A DNA stretch of 63,515 nucleotides, counting the filler, from Reticulomyxa filosa (lineage: Eukaryota > Protista > Foraminifera), in the NCBI GenBank assembly GCA_000512085.1. It is 24 parts of 24 records of this genome, joined end to end, with 100 filler letters (N's around TTAATTAATTAA, not from the genome) between each part and the next. Parts side by side here need not be neighbours in the genome. Positions count along the whole stretch, not along the records: positions 24,177 to 27,662 come from ASPP01009791.1; positions 27,763 to 31,807 come from ASPP01009212.1; positions 31,908 to 36,736 come from ASPP01022804.1; positions 36,837 to 41,889 come from ASPP01038208.1; 20 more parts are not named here. One strand, written 5' to 3'. Position numbers and translations under genes: made by a program. This document shows, piece by piece, positions 26,210 to 38,260 of the stretch. The first letter of the stretch is position 1, and each line of letters begins with the position of its first letter. The notes beneath the pieces are model-generated. The model was given only the letters and a program-made list of their open reading frames with translations. It was not told where the DNA came from and ran no database searches.

Positions 26210-27847
26210 TCTTGTGCAACTACGAGAGTGTTACAACTGTATGGAGGTTCCATTGATCGATGGCAGAATTCTTCTTTTCTTGCTCTATTCAACTTAGTTT
26301 TCTGAAAATGTGGCTCAAATGAACGCAACTTTCGTATTACACTTTCTCGTAGCTGAATTCATTTCCTACAAGTATTTTCAGAAAATATTCTAGATTGAAG
26401 AAGAAAAGAGAATTAAAACCTTTTTTCTATTATTCAAATGGCAATGCAGCACTTAGTCTGTTTTGCTACTCAAAACTACTGTACATGTATGTATGGACAC
26501 ATTAAAATATCACCTTATGAAGCTGATCGATTTTCTAAGTCAAAAATCAACATTTTTTCAAAATCTTTTTTAAAAAAATATTTACGAGTCTTCGAGTGTT
26601 TCCAAATGCATTTTATTTTTTTCTACAATTTTTTGTCAATTACAAACATTTTAATTATTTTCTATGACATTAGCATTTTGCTTATTGATTTTTTGAATTT
26701 TTTTGTTTTCTCTTTGCAAATTCGGGTTTTTTTTGCGTTTTTTAAATTTATTGGTAGTCCATTTTATGAAATTTTAATTTTTTCGTATTGTTTTTACGCG
26801 CAATTTTTTTTTGTTTTTTCTTTTTTGCTTATTTTTTGCGTTGTAATTGAAGTAAAAAAATATTTAAAAAGCAACAAAGATATCATTATTTTTTTAAATT
26901 AAAGTATTTTTTCACTCACTTTTACACAAGTTTGTTATTTATAATTATGAAATAATTAATCTTTGAATGAAAGATGCAGCAATGATTTCATATCAAAAAA
27001 TAAAAATGTACATAAACGAATAGCACAATCATTAAATTATTACTAGTATACCCATCAAATAATTGCAATTGTCGACTATCTTTGATATAACAAAGAAGAC
27101 TTCAATACAAGTTCTCAAAACTATTTTCTAACTTTTGAAATAATTTGAGTTTTTTTTAGTAAGCAATGTATTTTTTCTTTTCTTTTAGCCTTTTTTGCCG
27201 TTACAAAATAAATAGCTTTTGAATTTTTACAGTTGCACAAAATTAAAACTTGTTGTGATTTTACATAATAAAATTTTAAATCAAATGAAAATGTTCAGTT
27301 TGTTGAACTCGAAGGTGCCTCGACGGTGATATGATGAAAACGAGACCTAGATTGACACATTCGTGCACTTGGAAGGAAAAATGTGCTATCCGTTCAAGCA
27401 AACGTGTAGTAAGTACGGACTTTAATTCCTAATTTTTTAAACAAAAAACTAAAATTAGTCCACGTTTGGGTGTATACGTATTTGGCGGCTTTTTTTCGCA
27501 ATTATTATTTGGTGCGCGGAAAAAAACTTGAACAATTTCCAGCTTGAATTTTGGCTCATGCACAACAATATATACGTTTCAATTCTGGTCTCGTGCACAA
27601 AAAAAAAAGAATTTTGACATTTTCTAAACATTTATTATCGAACAGCTATTACATCACAAATANNNNNNNNNNNNNNNNNNNNNNNNNNNNNNNNNNNNNN
27701 NNNNNNTTAATTAATTAANNNNNNNNNNNNNNNNNNNNNNNNNNNNNNNNNNNNNNNNNNNNATAACATAACTATACAATCAGGTTTAATCTTTGCATTA
27801 CAGGGCTATGAGCAGGTAAGTACAACAGGTTCGCATTGACAAACATG

Positions 27848-27984
27848 AACAGGTACGCATAACAATTGATAGCAGGCACTCATAACAATTGATAACGGGT
27901 ACTCATACAATTGATAACAGGTGCGCATAGCAATTGATAACATGTTTGCATAGCAATTGATTGCAGATACTCATAACAATTAAT
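27848..27984. repeat. 23-bp minisatellite, 6 degenerate copies (AACAGGTRCKCATARCAATTGAT)
   Basis: Units start at 27848, 27871, 27894, 27916, 27939 and 27962. Units are contiguous with no spacers. Confidence 0.9.
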
Positions 27985-28400
27985 AACAGATGGGCACAGT
28001 CACGGAATTTGGAGAGACCAAAGAATTGAATGTACCCCTTTGCATTTTTGTTGTTGTTGGTCTTGTCCTTGTCATTCTTTCATTGCCTCTGAATATCCAT
28101 TTGAGTGGCTCGGTCATGTAAGTCCACATGTTATCACCATGATGATGCACTTGTGAATATTGTTTGTCGTCTGCGCTAATGATATAGCATATTCAACGTA
28201 TGTCCATCCAATTTCCATCGACAACATCATATGAACATTGACATTGACTTGTGAATACTCATTACCTAAAAAAGTACATGTTCTAAAACAAGAATATATT
28301 TTGCAGAGATCATAAACCATGTTAAGCGACATGATAAAGCAAATATGAGTGACTTAAGAACTGCAACAAAAAAACCTATATACATGGTTCTAATGATGAT
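27985..28400 (-). pseudogene. Paralog of the 787-1915 family (UBA-like segment) running into the 23-bp minisatellite
   Basis: MLSMEIGWTYVEYAISLAQTTNNIHKC, with DNA similarity to 1660-1915. Confidence 0.55.
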
Positions 28401-28679
28401 GGATGTGAAAAGTTCGATTATCCACTTCTAAAAATACTATTGTAAAAAAAAAAGACTCTTTTTTTCAGTTTAAAAAAAGGATAAAAAAGTTCAAAACATG
28501 ATAAAATCACATGAAACGCTTGCAGCTGAATTTAATTGGAAGCATCTGTCTTTTTCTTCAAAGAAAAGAGTAAGTTTGAGTAGTCAGTCATAGAATAACA
28601 GTTTTTTATATTCAGTTTTAGTTTTATTTCACTCAACCCTTCAGTAATTTTTTAAAAAATCAACCATAAAAAGTTCAAA

Positions 28680-31370
28680 GGCTGAATGAATCAAACAAAC
28701 AGTTCTAATATCAAAGGAATTGAAATGGGAGGACGCTCAATTAGTAACGAAAAAGAATGGATAAGTATTCAAGAATGGGTCAATGTGAACGAGAAGTTGT
28801 CGAATGATGGTACAACACAATTTAGAGATGCATCATTGAATTTATGGTGTTTTTGATTGGAGATTTTGATTGCATATCCAACACAACTTTAAACTTTATC
28901 AGTTTCAAATATTGTGATGCAAAGATTAATTATTTAAAAATTATATTATTATATACATATATAATATATATATAAATCACAGAATGATGTTATTAATTTG
29001 AGTGATATGCCAGAACATTCAATATTTGCGATGCTTATGTAAATATTATTTTTCATATCTATTGACATCATTCATTTATCTTTTTTTCATTACCATATGG
29101 ACATGGCGATGATAATTATTATTGTCATTATTTGGGAGAATAGTGCCACATATTTTGTGGAAAACAATGCCAAAAGTAACTGCATTGGCATGCCTGACAA
29201 TCACGTATCAAAATCCTTTCCAATTACAGTAAATTGATTAATTACTTTGGATTAATGTCGTTGTCGAATATTCAAAATAAATTTAACTAATTTATTCGTG
29301 TTATTGTTGTCAATAAAGATTTTTTTTCATATATAGACGCATATATTTATTAAATAAACCTTTTTTTAAAAATATACATTTACGTTACATTACAAATTTA
29401 TCGTTTATTTGATCCGAATTTTGTCCAATCTTCAATTAGTGAAATCCTTTATGAAACTCAGCAGTCTGCTTTTCTTTTTTATTTCTTTTGTCTTGTGGAG
29501 TGAGCGCATAAATAACATGCTTATGCTCGTACATACCAAATATAATCTTCAAGAAAAGAGTTGACGCATGAATTTTGGAGTTCCGTATCAACACGCACAA
29601 TACCGTAGCAAATTTGTCAAACTGAAGCTACACATCGGCATTTTTGACAAAAGAGTCAAGAAAAGAGAAAGTATAAAAATGAAAGTGCAAGGACCATGGA
29701 GAATATCAATATCAATGCCAATGATAAAGGGAATGCCAATTTCTTGCAAATCATTGCAAAAAAATGTACCTTAGTGTTTATCGAAATAATAGGTTTTTTG
29801 ATATTAGTCAGTATTTCGTATCACATTGTCATAAATCCAATATTTTTCTTCCGCACAAATGCAAGTGCCAGTGCAAGTGTCAATGACAAATTGGATTCAA
29901 TAATGATCACCTTCCTTCTCCGAGATATGCATTTTGTCATCGCGCATTTTCAATGGATATCCAAAGTCCTCGTGGAATTGAATCAAGATAACCGTCATGC
30001 AATTAATCCAATTCTTTCGCTGATGGCAAGCAATCATGACATTTGCGTTGATGTCTATGTCACTGTGAAGATCATCTTGGCTCTTCAATTGAAGGTGCTA
30101 TTCATTTTCAAAAAATTTTTTATTGATATTTTCCAAAGAACTGTTTTTAAACCTTTTTTGAAATATTTAAATGGAATTTATATAAAATTATATAAGGAAA
30201 TATTAACACAATTGTTGGCAGCCAACGAAGGCGAAAAGAATGAAAAAGAAGAAAAAGGAGAACATAAAAAGGATAACAATTACCATTGCAATATATATAT
30301 ATATATGCATACAATGATATAATAACAATTACCATGAAATATCAAATTATCACACATACTCGCTATAATTAAGATGTATGTACCGTTTGGAACAGTTGGA
30401 CGTTACTTGCATATGCAGCTTTATCATTTCCAATTGCAGGATTATCAAAGCTTTGAATCATGATTCAAGTGATGTCGCGACATCACGGAAAAGGAAATCA
30501 TAATCATACGTTCGACTTTGGTCTCTTTTCATCACCACATCTTTCAGGAACTCAATAAATCGGATTAAATCGAACAATTGTGTCAAGTTTGTTTACGTTA
30601 ATCTTGAACGAGTGCATGATGGTGTTTGTTTTTTTATCTTTGTTTTTTAATTTCTTTATTTCAACAGACCAGTCCAAAGCCAAGTAGAATTGCGATGATG
30701 ATAATGAGGATATCGCATCAAGTGGCAATGTGTTGAATGAAAAAACGGAGGAGGAATAGCTACTGTTAACTTATTGAAAAGATTGAGTACTTGAATTAGT
30801 AGAGAATGATGTTAGAAATTCCAAAAAGAAGAAATAAGGACAGTATTCTATCAAAGAATGGCAAACAAGTGGAAAGTAATAATACATATATGGCTGTAGA
30901 AAAAAAAGAATTTCACATAATTATATTTTAATAGATGATGCAAGGTAATAATAATTATCTATTTATATGCGTTTATTGTTTGGATATTTGATAGAAGCAA
31001 TTACAAGGAAACGCAGAATGAAAAGAATACTAACAATTGGAGTATTGAAAAGAAAATATAATTTATTGATACATTATTGATTTGATAATTGACAATATTA
31101 TAATAACATTTATTACAAAGCATGTTTTATAATTTTGAATATTCAAATAAGATATTATATTGAACTAAGAACTTAGCGACAGAAATACGAAATTACAGTT
31201 ATAAAGCTGCAAGTTTAAAATAAAATAAAAAATTATTGGAAAGGATTTAAGCAGATTATACTGGATTTTAATAAGCATTTGATACATTATGACAGTATTT
31301 GAAGTTATGAAAAAGGCAAAACAACTCAATTTGATTGTATCTAAAGACAATAATTTCTTTTGGCATGCTA
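28680..31370 (+). pseudogene. Heavily decayed multi-exon coding-like region, family unknown
   Basis: Patches of coding-like sequence (e.g. ORF 29696-30322) alternate with intron-like AT tracts. Many stops. Confidence 0.3.
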
Positions 31371-32313
31371 TTAATTCAAAATATTAAATTGCATTGATTG
31401 TAAATGACTGCAATAATTTGGCTTCCAAGAGTATTTTTGGGCGACCAATTTATAAAAAAATTCAAGCAAGTATTTATGTTTCAAGCATTCCCAAATCAAG
31501 CATTGCTGCCACAAAAAATTACTGTCAAAAACTGATATCAAGTATTACTGAAAAATATTCATGTAAAAGCATCAGAGTTTCGTCAAGTATTCCGAGTTCC
31601 AAATTACTGTTAAGTATTCCATGCTCCAAAAAAAACAAGCATTATCCCTTTTAACATTTCTAATCAATTGTAATTAATAGTAGTAGTTTTAAATTAAAAA
31701 ATAAATATTCATATTTCTAAAAATTTTTTTAACGATGAAATAAAAAATAATATTACTCCATTTGCAATTTTTTTTTATGCGGGCAGCAAATGATTATTTC
31801 TAAAATTNNNNNNNNNNNNNNNNNNNNNNNNNNNNNNNNNNNNNNNNNNNNTTAATTAATTAANNNNNNNNNNNNNNNNNNNNNNNNNNNNNNNNNNNNN
31901 NNNNNNNACATCAAGATATAAGAAGGAATTTTCATTGAATCAAATGTTACGAATGTTTGAAATGAAAAAGACGATAATAAGTCTTGTCACGTAACAACAG
32001 CAACAAGAGTACAGTCAAAAATTGCAAATAAATAAGGAAAACATTAACTTACATGAAATGCGTGGATAATACAACTATGTCTGAACCAGATATCATGCAA
32101 TGAATCCGAAAATCAGAAACAATAAGGAAGTGTATCAATCACATTCAAAAGTAAACGAAATGATAATAATGTAAATAACAAAGAGTTCTTTTAAAACTAA
32201 AAAAAAATATGATTATACACATTAGCATTATTAAAAATGCAGAATATTTTTAAAATATGAAGGAATTTTTGAATAACACCGTCTGAAATTAACATTGCTT
32301 GATCAAATAATCT

Positions 32314-33911
32314 TTACTTCAAACAATCTTCACCAGGAGGGATTGTTTTAAAAAATAATGATACATCATCTTCATTCAAACACCATATCGCTTCATTAAA
32401 TTTATTTTGTTCTAAACGAATCACAATCTTCCATTTCTTTAATTCATTTTCAATACTTTTCTTCTTTGGAGATTCATGATTATCTCCTTTCTTTATTATT
32501 TTTGAATATTGACCTTTTCCACACATTATTTTAATTGGACCATTTTTAAACTTATATTTCAATTCATCTCTTTTAAATGTCATTAAATAGCGTAAAAAAA
32601 AATTTGTTGAAGTTGTTGACAGCAAAGTAAAATTTAATAAAAATTGTTGTTTATTAAATATATTGGTTGTCCAATAATCAAAGGAATGAATGAAATTTGA
32701 TTCTTGATATAATATTTTTTCAATATCTTTCATTGCATTCATCCAATTGTTTTTATGTAGTAATACATAAGATTGTATTAAATTATCTATATCTTTTTCA
32801 TTAATAGATACTGCTTTATTTTTGGCAAATGGATATAATTCATTAAAGAAAATATTCAAATATTGTTGATGATAATGTGATAATTTATCAAATTCATTTC
32901 CATTTAACATTTCCATCTTTTTCAAATATCCAATATTTTTTAGTTCAATCAATCTTTTATTATTGATATTGATATTATGTTTGAGTAATAATTTCGGAAT
33001 TTGATGTTCATAAAAATCAAACATTTCATCAACCTTATTATCTTTCAATAACCCTGACATAATAGTTGAACATGTTATTTCATTGATTGAAATAAAATGT
33101 CCAGATTGTTGTGAATAATTTAATAAATCCATCATTTTCTTTGATTCTCCACATTTTGCATATACATTCAACATACAATTGACTAATACGCTATCAATTT
33201 GAATATCAGATTGATTTTGCATTGCACTCCAAATTATTTCAGCACTTTCCATATCGCATGCATTTGCACACACTGTTAACATTGAATTACATGTTATTAG
33301 ATCTGGTTTGATATTGTAATGATTAACTAATAATTGAAAATAATGCAATGCTTGTTTAATATCGCCTTTCTTCGAACATCCTTTAATCATTGTATTGAAT
33401 GTAATCAAATCGGGATTAAAAGATGTAAATTCTTTACGAATAAACCATTGTTCAAATAATTTCTTTTGAAAATTAAATTTATTCCAAATACCCAAATAAT
33501 GTAAAATAGTATTGCAAAAAATAATATCCAATTCGACATTTTGTTGATGAATTAATTGAATAATTTTATTAAATGAATTTGGCTGTTTTAATTCAGAACA
33601 TCTTTTAATTGCAACAGCATAAACACTTGTATCTTGAGAATGAGTATTTTGCAGAAATTGAATAATCTCGTTGATGGTTGTCATTTGCTTAATCAATGAG
33701 CGTTCATGATGTGATTGTGGAGGTGATATTGTTTTTGTCAGCGCTCCTTTTTGTCCTTGTAATTTTTTTTTAATTCGTTTTCTTTATGTTGTTGTTCCAA
33801 AAAAAAGTCATTGTGGCTTTTTTGTCGTAGAGAATTGAAAAAGATGGAAGTGAGAGTTGGTTTGCAGTATAGATTCCTAGCTAATGAGATGTTTTTGACT
33901 ATTGCTTTCAT
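32314..33911 (-). CDS. Pentatricopeptide-repeat protein with C-terminal SMR-like domain (PPR-SMR), probably mitochondrial
   Basis: PPR motifs PDLITFNTMIKGCSKKGD, PDLITCNSMLTVCA, NCMLNVYAKCGE and ITCSTIMSGLLK. SMR-like LNFTLLS...IKIMCGKGQYSK...NEAIW. The ATG at 33911 gives MKAIVKNISLARNLYCKPTLTSIFFNSLRQKS and joins the main ORF if the A9 run at 33763-33771 is one base longer. Intronless. Confidence 0.88.
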
Positions 33912-34319
33912 CTTTATTAACTATTTTGAAGAAAGTTTTTTGTGTCCTCTTTTTTTAAAAATTTAATTTATTCACTATGGCACACGTGAAAGGTGGAAAA
34001 TGTACAATAGTTTGTATTTTAAAGTAATAATCCAGCAATATTTTTTTTTTTTGCGATGGCCAAGTATTTGACTTTATTTTGTGCTAAATCACTAAGTTTT
34101 TATTTGTGAAGATTGTCAATATTTTTTGGGTATTTCGAGGACTCGAATATTTTCAGCAGTATTTAAAAAAAAAAAAATACAAAACAGAAAAGGGAGAAAT
34201 CAAATACTGATAACAGCTACGGATTGATACAATTGGAAAAACGCTCTCTTTTTTTTTTTTTTGCAACAAGTACGAATACAAATAACTCCGGAAAAAAAAG
34301 AAGGTGGTTCAAAAAAGGA

Positions 34320-36697
34320 TTAATTTTTTTCAGTGGAAGCGTCAGTGGCAACAATAGCCTTTTGCAACACCTCTCGTAGCAAGGAATTTCCCCTGTTTGT
34401 GATTTTTACAATGGCCGGCCACACAAAGTAAATGGACTGATCTTTTGTGGCAGCCTTTTTGTCATTGGCATTGAGCAATTTGCACCAGGACGGATCGTGG
34501 TGATACTCCACCGACACATTCATGCGAAGCACAAACGTGTCTCGACATTTTTGGTACGTGGCTCCATCAAAGATGGTTGGAAACAAGCAGCACCGTTCTT
34601 CCGCCTTTTCGTTCATCAGCAAATACCATATCAACTCACAACTTCTTGCAATATACTCGTGGATTAATTTCTGCACTTGCGATTCGCTTCTTTTTTTTTA
34701 AAAAAAAAAAATAAAATAAATGTTTGGAGTGAGTATTTCATCTTTGGCTCCAAAATAAAGTGACTTTAAACAAACAAAGAAACAAACAAATAAACAAACT
34801 TGAAAAGAGATTTGTATTTTTCAATGGCAGTCAATCTGGCAATGTGGCTCGTCATTTGAGCCATGTCCTTGTCTTCACTACTCCACAAGGAAGAGCAATT
34901 CATGCATCGCTTCATGATCAAGTCTGCCTCTTCTTTGCCTCCATTCTGGCCTTGTTTCTACACACGAACAGTAAACACAATCCAATGTTCATACATTTAT
35001 ATATATATATATACATATATATGTATATAAACGTAACGTAAAGATATTCAAATTTTTTGGAAATCATGAATTGGTACGAGTTCATCAACAACTCGAACAA
35101 AAGTTTGCATCCGATGTTCATTGTCTCTTGCTTCGTTATTTCGTTCAATATCTTTATTTTATTTATTTTTTAAAAAGTTTGATAGGAAAACATATAGTCA
35201 AAGTATAAGTTAAAAAGGAGAAAAAGGTGGAGTTGAAACTTTGGAGTGATGTTTTTGAAAGAATTTGTCGAACATGTCGATGACTTTGACGAGAGTGGGG
35301 ATTTCGGAGACGTGCCACACAACAGACGACGATGACGACATTGATGGTAATGGTGATGACGATGATGAGTTGGGCTTTTCAAAGCAAGGCACGAACAACT
35401 TTGTAAAGGGTTGATAGCACTTTTCAGCGTACAACTGACGATTCAATCCACGCAAGGCATCGGCCGTCGCTTCGTCCACAGCATTAAAGTACCTGGCATA
35501 TGCATCTAAGATTTGCTTATTCATTTGTTCGTCCATATTATTATTATTATTATTATTATTAGTCATGATGGATTGGATCTTGTGTCTTTTGATCGTTTCC
35601 ATCGTCACTTGCCAGCTCCATTTCGTCGAGCACTTTGGACATGTCGATTTCGCTCAAATCTTCGCTGTATCCAATGCTGTTGGAAGACAGTACCTTTGCC
35701 ACTGCCGGACGAGTCGTCGTCGTCGCTGTTGTCTTGTTCGACGGCGGTGGAGGGGGTGGAGGTGGAGGAGGTGGAGGTGGAGGTTGAGACGTCGATGCAC
35801 TTTTTTGACTATTTTGCAATTGCTTTGCCGCGCTAGCCAACGAAGTGATATGTACAGATTGCGATTGCAAAGACTGCTTTTGCTTTTCGGACAAAGTCGC
35901 AAGCAAGGTTTGCACGTGCGTGTAATTGAGCTGATTGATACGATCGATTTCCTCCTGCTTTTCCTTGTCGGTGCGCTTCAATTGTTCCATGATTTCTTGG
36001 ATACGAGCTTCATAGTCTCGTTTCATTTTTGCCTTTTTATATACATATATACATATATATGTATATACAAGTTCAAAAAAAAAAAAAATGTTTACAATAG
36101 CTTGTGGAGTCGATGGCAAAGTTATATTGTCCCCAATTTGACCATGATCATTGTCATCATCATTGTCATTGTCATTGTCACCAATACTAGTGTCTTGTTT
36201 GTCGTAAAGACTTGGCTCCATGATGTCATCTTCTTCAGCTTCGTCGGAATAGGCCACCACGGTTTGTGTGTCGATAGACGGCTCAGGTTGATGATAGTTA
36301 TGTTGTTGATGATAATTATATGGAGGAGGAGGAGGACGATGGTAATGCTGCTGCTGCTGCTGCTGATGATGACTCTGGTGATGAAGCAAGTGCGTCTGAG
36401 GACGTTGCTTGATCGGGGATATTTGCAATTGCTTATTCTCCTCTTTGACACGCTTCAACTGGTCTTGCAAATCGGCAATCAGCTCGCGTTGCAACGACTC
36501 ATGCGACTGTACGCTGGCGCTCATCGTCGCCTCTGCCATCTCTCGCTGTTGGATTCGAGACTTTTGCTGGTTCTGTCGTTGCAAGTATCGGTTGTTCTGC
36601 AGCAACGCCTTACTCGGATTTGGAGACGAGCTGCCACCCATTATTTGCTTATTCACTTTTTGTCTCGCATTTTCTTGCTTTTGTTGTTGCAATTGCA

Positions 36698-36736
<39 letters not shown>
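34320..36736 (-). CDS. Poly-Q/coiled-coil protein with C-terminal MIEAP (SPATA18)/GIL1-IRKI-like domain, 5' partial, multi-exon
   Basis: The C-terminus YIARSCELIWYLL...IYFVWPAIV...VLQKAIVAT resembles the MIEAP pattern C-x-x-LAW...WP-x-L...KG-x-V-x-T. Introns include 36095-36033, 35239-35152 and about 34799-34690. One frameshift near 35560-35600. Confidence 0.65.
36699..36736 (-). repeat. (CAA)n microsatellite encoding poly-Gln at contig end
   Basis: (TTG)n visible on the + strand. Confidence 0.9.
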
Positions 36737-37009
36737 NNNNNNNNNNNNNNNNNNNNNNNNNNNNNNNNNNNNNNNNNNNNTTAATTAATTAANNNNNNNN
36801 NNNNNNNNNNNNNNNNNNNNNNNNNNNNNNNNNNNNCGAATAAGTGATCGCCGTGCCACAGTTCGATCACTATTTTTAGTAAAAAAGTTTTTGTTTTATG
36901 TGTACATATTTGGTATATAACATCTTCATAACGTATATTCATTATTTATTTATATTTGTGGTATGTGTTGCTTGAACTTTTTGAATAGTTCTTTGAAGGT
37001 GTGCAAATA

Positions 37010-38260
37010 GAAATGGGCAAGTTGTTGTTACTGGTGCTGAAGTGAATCACCAGCAAAAATGGTTCTGGTAATAGCAAGGGTGCATTGATTGTGGGTTATG
37101 GTGTTATTCTTTAAATAACGTATAATTTGGAAAAAAAAAGTAAAGGTCCATATCCGTGCAATGTGCTCATGATTGATTGAAAGGATGAGCAGCGCAACCT
37201 GTATTCCAAGTTATAATATTTTTTTAAAATGTGGTTGGAAAAAACTTAAAACATTTATGATGAATACACACATATATAACATAGGTCTAAACGAACACTA
37301 CAAATGTCCATCGAACATTGAAAAGTGTGGTTGCGGTGCAGCAAGCAAGGACGAAGTTAATAATGCCAAGTTTATTGCATATTATGTAGATGTTCTTTAT
37401 TGTTTTTGTGTAGTACAACGAAAAAACGAAACACTGCTTGCAAATATGAATGCACATTAATAACCAATGATACCATAATCAAGGCAAATGATTTCCAAAA
37501 AAGATTCTCTTCGCTTGTTTTGTGTTTTTGTAATACACGCCAACTGACAAAAAAAAAATTGTTTGAAAAAGGGAAGCGATAGAAAAAGTACATGAAGAAA
37601 AAAAAATAAAGCAATTTACACGCTTCTTATAGATTTGTTTGACAGCCGATTGCAATTATTGGAAGAAAGAATAAGACATTGCAGGTATTGTATATTGAGA
37701 AGTTATTTGCTTTTTGGTGGTTGAATGCCAAATTCTAACCAATAGGTGTACTGTGCATGAAGGTCAGCACTTGTTCTATCGTTCGGAAGCCATTGCACTA
37801 TTTCGTGATTTTTAACAAACCTCTTTTTTTTCCCCCTTGCAATACATTATCATGTTAACGGATTTTAGTGTTGTGTATGATCATAAGAGAGAAATGTATA
37901 ACACTAAAAAAATATATATTATCACAACCGGCCGACATTGGCCAATTCAATGAGCAACTCATCAATCCCGTCATCAGTGTTTGTTGGTAATGTAATTGGG
38001 ATAGTTGTTAGTGAGAAGCACGTTTGGCTGCATCAAAATGTAACAAATTTTTCAGCGTATTGCAATGATGTGAAGGAGCCATGACACTCTCTATGCACGA
38101 TATTGTTATTGTTCTACTGATCAAGTAATTATTTGGCAAAAGTAAAGATTTACATCAATTCACTTGCTTGACGGTCTATGCGATAAATTAATCCGGGCGC
38201 CATTGTAAAATTGGATGCATTTATGTGCGGAGGCAACATTTGCGCATGTAGTGCATTGTT
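37010..38260 (+). pseudogene. Decayed multi-exon Cys-containing gene, possibly Ariadne/RBR-like
   Basis: Fragments GPYPCNVL, AKFIAYY and DLFDSRLQLLEERI weakly recall Ariadne domains. Many disruptions. Confidence 0.25.

Noticed and set aside
26438-26902. 154-aa hydrophobic 'membrane protein'
   Set aside because: The Phe/Ile/Leu content simply reflects T-rich non-coding DNA. No motif.
27848-27984. CRISPR array
   Set aside because: Units are contiguous with no unique spacers, there are no cas genes, and the context is eukaryotic.
35565-36788. 407-aa plus-strand ORF
   Set aside because: Antisense shadow of the Gln/coiled-coil gene. Poly-Leu derives from (TTG)n, and splice signals support the minus strand.
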